Source: Octopus bimaculoides
Lineage: Eukaryota
Assembly: GCF_001194135.2 (NCBI RefSeq)
Contig: NC_068981.1
Coordinates: forward strand, 47,680,543-47,712,695
Direction of reading: 5' to 3'
Length of the DNA stretch: 32,153 nt
In this document: positions 10,746 through 20,742 of the stretch, piece by piece
Numbering within the stretch: position 1 is the first letter of the stretch
Layout: every line of letters begins with the position of its first letter
Translations under genes and position numbers: made by a program
Notes under the pieces: generated by a model
Databases searched by the model: none
Told to the model about the DNA's origin: nothing
Seen by the model: only the letters and a program-made list of their open reading frames with translations

Positions 10746-11600
10746 AATCGTTATTAATTTTAATGTTTTTATATTGTTGTTGTTCACCTTCTGCTGAAAG
10801 TATTATAGATGCTGCTTAACTGTGCTTCTTGTTTTCTTTTCAGAGGGTTATATTTGTGAATTTTATTGTTTTCACTTGCTGTTAAGCCAACCGGGAAGGT
10901 GATGGACTGTTTGGAACCTCCTATTGTTTACCCCACGGTGCAACATTTTAAAGCAACACAGACTTTTCACGATACCTTCCATGCTTTTGTATTTGCAGGG
11001 GCTGTAGAATAAGAGAGGAAGTTGAAAGTAAATATTGAAGATGTGACCCTCATTCGCACTAAAACGATGCAAATCTACAACACCGCAGTCGATGTAGTGA
11101 CGGTCAGCATTAACTTACTTCAGAGGTAACAACATCAATAATACACTAATGACATAGTCAACAAATGTTGCATACTACCGACTACAAAAATAACGTTATC
11201 AGCCATCGGGGAGAATAGTAGAAAATAGGTTCTACACCGAAGATTTTACCCATATAATCCTTTAATGGGTGAGATGTACAATTCGTGCCACTATATCCGA
11301 CCCCGTAGCAAGAAACTATATTCAGAACATCATATGCACCAATCATATGCCAGTTATTACAAACAACATCTACATCAATAATAAGAAAGTTAATCGCAAG
11401 AGAAACAACTGAAGCACGGCAAATGCCACTCATTGGCAAGTGTTACAAAAACGTTTGGTTTAGTTCCACTGGATATGAATCTTCAGAAACTGTAAATCAC
11501 AGAGAAACACATGGAAATACGTTATAAATATTACAATTGTGAGATAACTGCAATTTCTTAAACCAGAAAGTAGACAACCGGAGACATAGAGTCATACATA

Positions 11601-12080
11601 CAGGGTGGCCCAAAAGAATGTTTACAGTTATCACGTCGTAGGCATTTAACATCATTTTAAAACGTTTTATTGCATTTTATTGTATTGCTGCTGAAGTTTA
11701 GACGGGAAGAAGTCTCCAGAGCTCAAGCTCATTTGTGCTTGAAAAGCATCTGATGAGACAGATTTTTCCAGAAATGTTATGCAACATGATTTTTCACTCT
11801 GAACCTAGCTTGTAAGTACCATACTGTTGACGTACGAATAAGGTATTTACACTAATACAAACTTGACTTGGAATGTGAGAGATCAGTAAAAGGAATATTG
11901 CGAAAATAACGCCTGAACGAGTCTAGTATTGAGTGATGAAATGTATTGTAATGGTCTTTTCCAGGGCACATTTTAGAAATATGACATTTTGAAACGAAAC
12001 CTATATTGGAATAGGACGTGAGACTCCGATTTGAGTTAAACCTAAAACACCGGATACAATCACCGGCATCATAGTGTCTC
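11601..12080 (+). mobile_element. Decayed Tc1/mariner-like DNA transposon remnant
   Basis: TA followed by a TIR-like start CAGGGTGGCCCAAAA at 11601; 11960-12060 translates as RAHF..F*NETYIGIGRETPI*VKPKTPD, resembling the AH...FLNETF..RWIGR..PI.WP.RSPD segment of Tc1-like transposases. No partner TIR found. Confidence 0.4.
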
Positions 12081-15000
12081 AGGAGATAAGAAACTGCAGG
12101 TGGTATTGAAAGCTACAAGGCTTCGCGGTCAAGAACGCAGAACAGTGCAATACTTTCTACGTGCAATAATAGCGGTGATTGATATAGTTGGGAACGTAAT
12201 TCAAGGTGAAGAACCGGTACAAAGTTGACGAACAGAGTGATCAATCTTGCCAAGAAATGAACCGTGAAGAAACTATCCCTCAAAGCCCCGTTGTAGTTGT
12301 GAATGTTAAGATCGTTTCGTCATCCTTTACAGCCTAGCCATTGTAACATGCGAGAGTTCGCATAAGACAGGCCTGGATCACCTCAAATTAAACTTTTTTC
12401 GAAGGTCTGCATCTATTAGCAGGCACATCATTTGTGGAGGGCTAGTGATATTCTGGTTAGTGATATACAGACATGTTCAATGTCTATGACATCCTCTTTT
12501 TTAAACAATTCTTATGCACTGTTATACACTGTATAGTCTTGTGCAATTTTTAATATTTGTTCTCACATGTAGTGGTTATAAATAAGGTGTTATCATCATC
12601 ACCGTCACCATCATCATCATCAACATCATCTTCATAATCATCGTCGTTTACGTTGCTCTCTTTGGTGTTGTCGATGTTCCTGCTATCGTCATCATACCTG
12701 GCATAAAACAGGATATTTTGGAGAGTGGTTTTCCATACATGTTCCCCTATCATCACTTAAAATGTTTGCAGGTGCCTGTTGACATCATTCAATTTTTGTC
12801 TATTATAAAAGCTATGCAAGTAGTTCTCTCACTTGGTGTAGAAAAGGTCTCTAATGTTCTGACTGTGTACCCCGTTTAAAATGTACTGTCTTTTTTTTTT
12901 GTGGGGTGTTGCACTCAGCGATTAATTAATCGACTGTTCTCTATATTTGTTTGGAAACGAATTATTATGATACAAAAGTATTGAAAGACAAAAGGTGCAG
13001 TATAAAGAAGATTTGCACTTTTGTCCCATATACAATGAGCCACCAGACATTGGAATCCATTGGGGTATTATACTAGCAAGCAGTATTAAAGTAACTATCA
13101 TTGCGACACATTTTTGCAAGGTAGCTAAAAATGTAGAAGCTGCGCAAGTTACAAATTTACCGGTACAACTACCACCAGCACCAGTATTAGTAGCAGCAAT
13201 AATGACAAAAATAACAATCTTTAGAACGGAATCAACACAAAATCAAGTGTAATATTTTCAAAGCAAAACAAACAAAAAATAGCGAAGAGAGCAACAATAA
13301 CAACCACAAACGAGTAAAGATAAGCCAATTTATCGCCACGTGAATATACACAGCCGAAGGAAATGAAAATCCAAATCAAATGTATAGGAACACTATCATT
13401 AAAGCGTTTTTGATATTAGCAACAGAAATGATAAACTGTAAAATCGAACAATTCCCCAAAAGTGTCTTATTAGAGAGAAGTAATTAATCCCTACACAGTG
13501 CTCCGGCATGGCTGCAATCAAATGACTGAAGCAAATAAAAGAATAAAAGAATGTAAAGCGAAATCTAGAAACGCTTTTAAGAAGTACAGTGTACAAAATG
13601 TATAGGGGCGTATCCAACTATTTGTCTTAGAAATGAGAAACTACGAATAGTGGTCACTACTCATGCATCCTAAGAATCAGTAATGGTACTACTCTGAATG
13701 TAATGCTATGCAACTACAACCGATACGGCAGCCTGCAACTTCAGTGGGAGAGGGTCAGAAAAACAGCTATATTAGAACGTGGTAGAAATAATAATAATGG
13801 AGTCTACCTCAGCGGAATGAAATGGAATCATCAACTGTGTTGACAGGTTATAGGTACTATAGAGAAATGCTGCTGATATACACATTTTTGATTTTTTTTT
13901 TTTGCTGGACAATCTTAGCAGATGGAGATTTTCCAGAAATGCAGGGAACATAACTTTTATATTATGGCAAAATAACCTAAATCATAATGTCAAGTTTTTG
14001 AAAGATGCGGTTTAAAAAATGTCATATTTTCTGATTCCGCTAACATCAAAACTGCTTCAAACATAATTAGGGCCGCAACTCGAAATGCAAATATATAATT
14101 AGATCAAGTAAAAAAGAAATAAAATCTTCCGTATCTTTCAATATGAGAAAGGCATGTTTCTACAATAAAACATTCAAATAACATACAGTTAAATGATCGT
14201 AAAAAATGACATGTGGAGAATGCGAATCGCTGGAGTTGATCCAAAAATCTCATCTGTTTGGGAATATCAGTGAACAGTTCACCAACAGATTAAGCAAGCC
14301 ATCAAACCCAATTAACAACAGCAACTGTCATATGAGCTGCAGGAAAAGCAAACACTAGAGCAACCTTTGAGGTATATTTGCAACTTATTTTGCAATATTT
14401 TGTTTCAATCTATCATAACCCTTTCATATTTTGTTTTGTATCTTTCAGACATTGTCTCTTGTGTGAACTAGGCTTTGCTTCGCGGTGTTAATATTTGTTT
14501 CTGTTCCCCTTGTGCAAAAACTCTTACCAATTTCCTAAATAAAATTTGTTGAAAACTTTGTTAGATCGACCCTATACTCTGAAGTCTTCCCTCTTTTATT
14601 ACATAACTGTATGAATGTTGGCATGCTTCCCGTTTCTTATGAAAATTCTGAGTGAGCGCAGACGTTGTCTGTCAGTTTTACGTTTAGAAATTCAAACTAT
14701 ATTGAAGAGATCGCTATACATATACAACACGTTGTATTCTCTAAATCTCGCACAATGTTTTATCATTTACATTTTGGGCTTGTGCTCAGTCTAGTATAAC
14801 TCCGTAGAAAATGGTATATATCCAAAGAGTAGACGATGCCACAACAAATGCAACAATTTTGTAAATCTGGTAAAATACCATTTCCAATTAAAATTGACAA
14901 TGAAAAAATTAACTAATTGTGGAAATGTGCTGCTGATTACAGAAAAAAAAAGTCTGAACGTCTAGACTTTTCATAGTGGAGTGCATATTTGGCTATGCAT

Positions 15001-15892
15001 GTGTACGTACGTACATATATACATGCATTTGCACATAAGCATACACAATACTCACGTACAGTATAGGTACACACACACATACAATCACACATTCAAGCTC
15101 TAAAACAAACACGTGTACACACCACTCGAACAAGAACATATTGACTGCTAAACACCTGCATTTGCACACATGCATCAGGCACATTCACAAATACACACAC
15201 ACACAAACTATAGCCTCGCATACACACTAAACAAAGCCTCTCACATATATACACTGGTCCACAAACACAAAACATACGTCAGTCCACACAATGAAAGAAC
15301 TAGGTTGCTTATACACACACACACACACACACACACACAAAGACGCTCCTGTGCGCACACACAGGACCATATAATTTTAAACTCACCCACACATACACTC
15401 TCACACATACAGTCTCCGACATTCCTTTCTTACATAGACATACGCACTTACGCACCCTAGTACAGCTGGGTCATTATTATTATCTCCCTTCCATTAAGCC
15501 ACTTTTTCCGGTCATTTCATCATATTCAACCATTAATGCATATATATTTCTTTTCCCCTTTTTCTTTCTCTCTCTACTCTTTCCACTCAACACTTTCTGT
15601 CGCGGGGTGTAGGCTCGAAAGTATTTTGAACGCTTTTATTTCTAGCCGAAAACAGAATTACACGGATGAACGCTGGTCCTTCTTTTTCATCCATGGAAAA
15701 TGTCGACGAATAGAGGAAAACCACTGTAAAACAAACACGCACCACGTGGCAGTACGACTTAAACCAAGAACACAAGTTGGAAGACTGATTCCTAACGGTC
15801 GCAACAAGTGGCTTCTAACAGCGGTTCCCGAACTACAACCGCTTTGCCCCACAGAGAAACTTTACTGCTACTTTTGGGTACACACTTGTATA

Positions 15893-15894
15893 TC

Positions 15895-15969
<75 letters not shown>

Positions 15970-16122
15970 ATATANNNNNNNNNNNNNNNNNNNNNNNNNN
16001 NNNNNNNNNNNNNNNNNNNNNNNNNNNNNNNNNNNNNNNNNNNNNNNNNATATATATATATATATATATATATATTGTATTCATTACCACTCCACATATG
16101 TATATTATATTCATAACTACTG

Positions 16123-16164
<42 letters not shown>

Positions 16165-16202
16165 GAGGGAGAGGGAGACAGAGAGGAGAGAGAGAGAGAT
16201 GT

Positions 16203-16260
<58 letters not shown>
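15893..16260. repeat. (TA)n, (TG)n and (AG)n microsatellite cluster spanning a gap
   Basis: Read directly; source of the YIYI/VCVC/ERER ORFs. Confidence 0.95.
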
Positions 16261-16912
16261 CGTGTGTGGGGCAGAAATAACCGGCGTTCCCGGGTTAGAG
16301 GAAATACGGAAATTTCAACACGCCGGCTAGATTAAGCAGGTCTCACCTGCTAGTAGCTGAGATACCAACTTTCCACATAATTCTGCCACCCATGCCAGAA
16401 TGAAAGATAGACGTAAAGCGAAATGTGAAAAGAAAGTTTTCAACTCATATATGTATATAAAGTAAGTACACGCTTGTTTAACTTATTTCGTACCCAAAGA
16501 ACAGGTATTGATTATAAACAATGAAAGGCCGTTGTAGCGTACACAGAAACACGTACACACACCCACAGCACATACACGCTCGCCCACACACTTACCCACC
16601 CACATACAAACAGACAGCTAATATATTACGTTCTTGTTTCACTTATATACACACAGGTATACATTCACACATGTCATTCGAAAAGAGAAAGTGTAATAGT
16701 AATACTTTAACACTCAATGGTTTCACACTTCCGTATATGAAATGGATCTACTATTCAAGTAAGTGCTTCTTTATATACTATGTTTTCTCTTTTGCCATGT
16801 TTATCACTGATAATGTAGAGGTTCTTTTCATTTCCATTTCTAGAACATCCAACATACACATTTTTATATTTAAGTGATGAGGAATTAAGTACATTAATTA
16901 CAGTTTTTTTAT

Positions 16913-17062
16913 ATTATTTACATTTGACAGATATTTGTCTTCATATTGTTTCGTTAACACGTTTGTTGTTAACACAACGTTTCGGTTGATATACCCTCCA
17001 GCTCTCATCAGGTGTCTTGGGGAAATTACGAACCTAGGCTTTTATTCCTAAAGTATTTTTCC
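16913..17062 (-). mobile_element. Hammerhead-bearing repeat module, family 1, copy 2
   Basis: Reverse complement matches 6952-7081; lies directly 3' of the (TAA)n tail of R4/Dong element 2. Confidence 0.85.
16971..17016 (-). ncRNA. Minimal type I hammerhead ribozyme motif with an intact core
   Basis: Minus strand reads GACAC-CTGATGA-G-AGCTG-GAGGGTATAT-CAACC-GAAA-C-G-T-T-GTGTT: full core, 5-bp stem I, palindromic ACGT stem III, GUU triplet; stem II has two mismatches relative to copy 1. Confidence 0.75.
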
Positions 17063-17063
17063 A

Positions 17064-17065
<2 letters not shown>

Positions 17066-17130
<65 letters not shown>
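17066..17130 (-). repeat. (TAA)n tail / target tract after R4/Dong element 2
   Basis: (TTA)n on the plus strand, read directly. Confidence 0.97.
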
Positions 17131-18684
17131 GCCTTTACACAGCTTCTAACGCTGGAAATGTACTACAGTGTCAGCTGTTCTCTACCAGTGAACTAAAGTA
17201 ACGCCTCTTATATTTCGAGCACCTTCCGGAGTGTTCAAGCGGTTCCAAGCAGTGCAGGTTTCTGCAAATGTTCCACAGCTCCTGTTTGTTCCACGTACCT
17301 ATCGAGATTTTTTTCTCACTGTTCCCAGGGCTTCGACAATTATTGGTACGACTAATACCTTTTTCATCGACCACAATGCATACCTTGTTGTTATCAGGGC
17401 ATGCTATATTTATGATCCAGCATAGTTTGTTTCCTTTCGCAGTGAACATTATGTATGGCTTCCTATTCTCTATTTCATGGTTTCACTGGATCATAAAATC
17501 CCATAGGATATTTGCTTTTCTATTTTCGACGATGACTTCAGATTTGTGGTCGTACCAATTTTTGGCTCTGTCATATCCATAATTGTTACAGATTGTCGAA
17601 TGGACAAGCGTGGCTATATTTTCCTGGCGTCTCTTATATTCCTTCTGGGCAAGTGGGGTACATTGGCTGATAATATGCCATACGGTTTCACCGTGTTGTC
17701 CGCAGATTCTGCACTTATCATTAATGTGTTGTCTATTCTGTAATTTATGTAGTTTGTTTTAGTGTTTGCACTTGGGCAGCACAGATTAGAGTCTCTGTTT
17801 CCGGTTTTAAATCGCTTTCAGTAATCTACAGCCATCTTTTTTCTATGTCTGTCTTATCTTCAACATCCCTATGAAATTGACATGCATCTTTTTCTTCACC
17901 CACCTATTTTCAGTTTCATTCGTTTTCAATTTATGGTATAGTGCTTTGTCTTTGCAATCCTTCATCCGACACAAGCCAGGCTTTCCTACTTCTAATAATA
18001 GTGGTCCTGTGGCATTTTTTACATACCATGCTATATTGTTTTCTTCTGCTCTAATGCTGTGTTCGCCGCCAATAAGTCCTCTTCCCCCTTCTTTTCTTGG
18101 TACATACAGTATGTCTGTGTCACTTTTTCAGGTGGAGTGATACATATCGAGTTAGCAATTTACCTGTTTTTCTGTCTAAGCTGTTTATTTCTTCTACTGT
18201 CCATGCGATTACCCCTGCTCCATATCTATGTAGTGAAACCGCCCAGGTGTCGATAGCTTCGATCTTATTCCGACTTAAGAATCAGTCTCAGTTTACGCAA
18301 GTACTCCACATTAATTTTTTCTGTCACTTCTTTCTCCATGAATTTATCCATTTCCAAAATGAATCCCCAAGTACTCATAGCAAGTCTATTTTCTCTGCGT
18401 CATAACCTCCCCCGATGGTATCATTAGCCCGTCCACGCATTCGGTTTTGCCTCTCTTCAATACTACATTTTCTCAGTCCGAACTCCATTCTGATATCAGC
18501 ACGGAAGGTATACACCGTATCAACGAGGGAACTAACTTCGGTTTCATCTTTACCACATAGTTTGAGGTCATCCATGAACAACAGATTGTTGACTTTTTGC
18601 TGGCGGCTTTTGAATACTTACCCAGCTTTTGCTTCCCTCAGAATCAGTATTAGTGGTATCAAGCACAGTTCAAAGTGCATACAG
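17131..18684 (-). mobile_element. 5'-truncated, decayed R4/Dong-clade retrotransposon, element 2 (RT C-terminal half, CCHC knuckle, RLE)
   Basis: Minus-strand translation across stops and frameshifts: LCLIPL, NNLLFMDDLKL (FMDD at 18578-18567), MEFGLRKC, LKPETETLICAAQ, DKCRICGQHGETVWHIISQC, KEYKRR, ILWDF, RKPY (for RKPD), INIACP (for IDIA.P), VVPIIVEALG, LQKPALLGTA*TLRKVLEI*. Confidence 0.9.
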
Positions 18685-18742
<58 letters not shown>

Positions 18743-18768
18743 TTATTATTATTATTATTATTATTATT
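18685..18768 (-). repeat. (AAT)n(AGT)n tract between R4/Dong elements 3 and 2
   Basis: (ACT)n(ATT)n on the plus strand, read directly. Confidence 0.97.
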
Positions 18769-18977
18769 GTTCAGTAGTTTTATTTTTATAACGTGCTTTC
18801 ACTTCACTACCGAGCGCAGCTCTGTGCGCCTTGGGTATGTGCTGTGGTCTGCTGTGGTGATCTTATGTTTACTGTATTGAAAGTGTTTTGCGTAGAATGT
18901 GTGCAATACCCAGTAGTACAATTTTCTGTATGTTATATATATTTGTAAGTCCTGGTTTTTTTGTTATGTATTTGTCT

Positions 18978-18978
<1 letters not shown>
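18769..18978 (-). mobile_element. ~210-bp 3' fragment of a third R4/Dong-type element (C-terminus and 3' UTR)
   Basis: Minus strand reads DKYITKKPGLTNIYNIQKIVLLGIAHILRKTLSIQ* (stop at 18871-18869), matching the LQK.ALLGTA.TLRKVL C-terminal motif of element 2; then a ~100-nt UTR and (AAT)n. Confidence 0.75.

Positions 18979-18979
<1 letters not shown>

Positions 18980-19039
<60 letters not shown>
18980..19039 (-). repeat. (AAT)n tract following the tRNA-like head
   Basis: (ATT)n on the plus strand, read directly. Confidence 0.97.
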
Positions 19040-19043
<4 letters not shown>

Positions 19044-19110
19044 TCACTGCTTGGAATCGAACTCTGAATATTGGACTTAATAGCCCGCGCTCTTAACCAC
19101 TACGTTCGTA
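19040..19110 (-). mobile_element. tRNA-like Pol III head (SINE 5' part) running directly into (AAT)n
   Basis: Minus strand: acgaacGTAGTGGTTAagagcgcgggctattaagtccaatattcaGAGTTCGATTCCaagcagtgacctg; B-box at 19053-19064 and a D-loop/A-box-like segment at 19094-19105; no paired acceptor stem or CCA, so not a tRNA gene. Confidence 0.7.
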
Positions 19111-19835
19111 ACCACTAGTGGTTACTTACATCAGTGTTTACTTACATCAGAAGTTGTCAACTTCTTTCTGTCAGTCATCTGTCGTTGTTCGTTTGGAAAT
19201 AGTGACTGAAACTATAAAGTTACAGTGAAAACGATAACGCAAGAAGTTAAACAATGGCTTCTGAAAATTGAAAGTGAAAAAGATGGCATCTAAAAAATGA
19301 AAGTGAAAACAGTAGTGTGTGAGTGAAATATAGAGAGAGATGGAGAGTGAGAGAGCTAGAGTAGAAGACAGAAAAATAAGAGAAATATAGATAGATAGCT
19401 ATATATATATATAAGATATAGACATATAGATACAGGGAGATAGATATAGAGATAGAGATATAGAGACTGAGATAATAGAGAGTTAAATACATAGAGAGAG
19501 ATGGATAGACAAATAGAGACAGAGAGATATAGCCAGACGGATATGTTACATAGAGGTAGAGATAGATAGAGATGGATAGAAAGTTATACACACATATATA
19601 TGTTACGTACCTGATGCTAGAAAGCCGGAAGCAAGTATTTTAAATGCTTTAAAAACGTGAATATAATATTAAAAAACAATATTTTTTTTTTAATTTCCAA
19701 TAAAAATAATTCAAATGAACAGCCTACTATTTGTCCGAGCTCAAATTATTCATGCATCACTAGTATGGAAGCAATTTGTGAAGCCGTTTTCGCGTGAAAA
19801 GTGAATGCCCACGCATCACTATTTTATTTTTATAT

Positions 19836-19985
19836 AAGGGATTTACTTTTATGTTGCATGACTCGTTTCTCTGTTATTTTCGTTCTTCGAAAAATGTTCG
19901 TATACTATGTTCTCGTTTTTATGTTTTCGTTTCTCATTCTGTTTAAGGTTTTTTTTTTTTATGTCCTGTACCCATATATGCATGT
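19836..19985 (+). repeat. ~150-bp direct repeat, copy 1 (copy 2 at 20562-20721)
   Basis: Shared aaggg.t.tact.tttatgtt..atg.ctcgttt, tttcgttcttc, ttttatgttttcgtttctcatt and atgtc.tgtacccatatatgcatgta. Confidence 0.75.
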
Positions 19986-20561
19986 ATGTATACATATAGA
20001 TGTTTGTATGTACATATATGTATGGATATATGCATACATTTATATATTATTTATATCATTATATGATCGAACGCCTCGCATCCTTTTCCAAGTAAGTTTT
20101 CTCTTAATAATTACAATGAGCACCCTTCTGTCTATCTCTCTCCCTCTCTTGTTCTTCATCATTTATGTTTTCTCTCTCAACCTTTCCCTATTCTTCTCTC
20201 CCTTTCACAGTTCCCTCTCTCTCTCACTCTTCCTCCTTGACTCTCTCGTCGCTGACACGTGACGAAAAGGGATCTCCCTTTCTGTCCACTACCTTGCTGA
20301 AGAAAAGATGTGCCTTTTCCTGTCTCCTCATGGCTGGTCTACCTAGCGTTCATAATATTTTTTCTATTGTCTTGGCTTAAGAGCCCTCACCGATTGTTCT
20401 TACTGTCTTGTTCTCACTGTCCTGCTCTTGTTAACTCTTTCACTCTCCGCAAAATATCCCAAATTTTATTTAATTTGCTTTGCGGGAAGAAGTGTTTCAA
20501 CGATGTCGCGTATTGTCCTTTCCTTCGAGACGCAGAGTAGATGAAACAGGGGCAACTGAGG

Positions 20562-20721
20562 AAGGGGTATACTATTTATGTTCTATGTCTCGTTTATCTG
20601 TTTGTTTGTTTTTTTTTCGTTCTTCAAAGAAAGTTAGTTTTCTGTTTGCGTATTTTATGTTTTCGTTTCTCATTGTTTAAAATTTCTTTTTTTTTGATGT
20701 CTTGTACCCATATATGCATGT
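20562..20721 (+). repeat. ~160-bp direct repeat, copy 2
   Basis: Aligns with 19836-19985. Confidence 0.75.
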
Positions 20722-20742
20722 ACACACACAATCACACACGCA

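Noticed and set aside
10453-10797. His-, Ile- and Met-rich ORFs, and all similar NNNN/IIII/YIYI/THTH/X-filled ORFs in the track
   Set aside because: Translations of microsatellites or N gaps, not genes.
10845-11030. Strong-looking plus-strand acceptors (ttttcttttcag at 10844, ttgtatttgcag near 10997)
   Set aside because: Downstream frames close quickly or have weak donors; no coherent coding exon chain.
11182-11439. Minus-strand ORF containing GYSGTNC (EGF-like)
   Set aside because: A single short motif without the cysteine spacing of an EGF domain or convincing splice sites.
11746-11782. GCAT-CTGATGA-...-GAAATGTT-ATGC hammerhead-like arrangement
   Set aside because: Core and a 4-bp stem I fit, but the stem II region (gacagatttttcca) does not pair and it lies inside a Tc1-like remnant; could be chance or a very old copy.
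13636-13720. ETTNSGHYSCILR resembling a USP His-box
   Set aside because: In-frame stops immediately upstream and a frameshift is needed downstream; a short motif compatible with chance.
19040-19110. Functional tRNA gene
   Set aside because: No paired acceptor stem, weak anticodon arm, and it runs into (AAT)n rather than an oligo-T terminator; treated as a SINE head.
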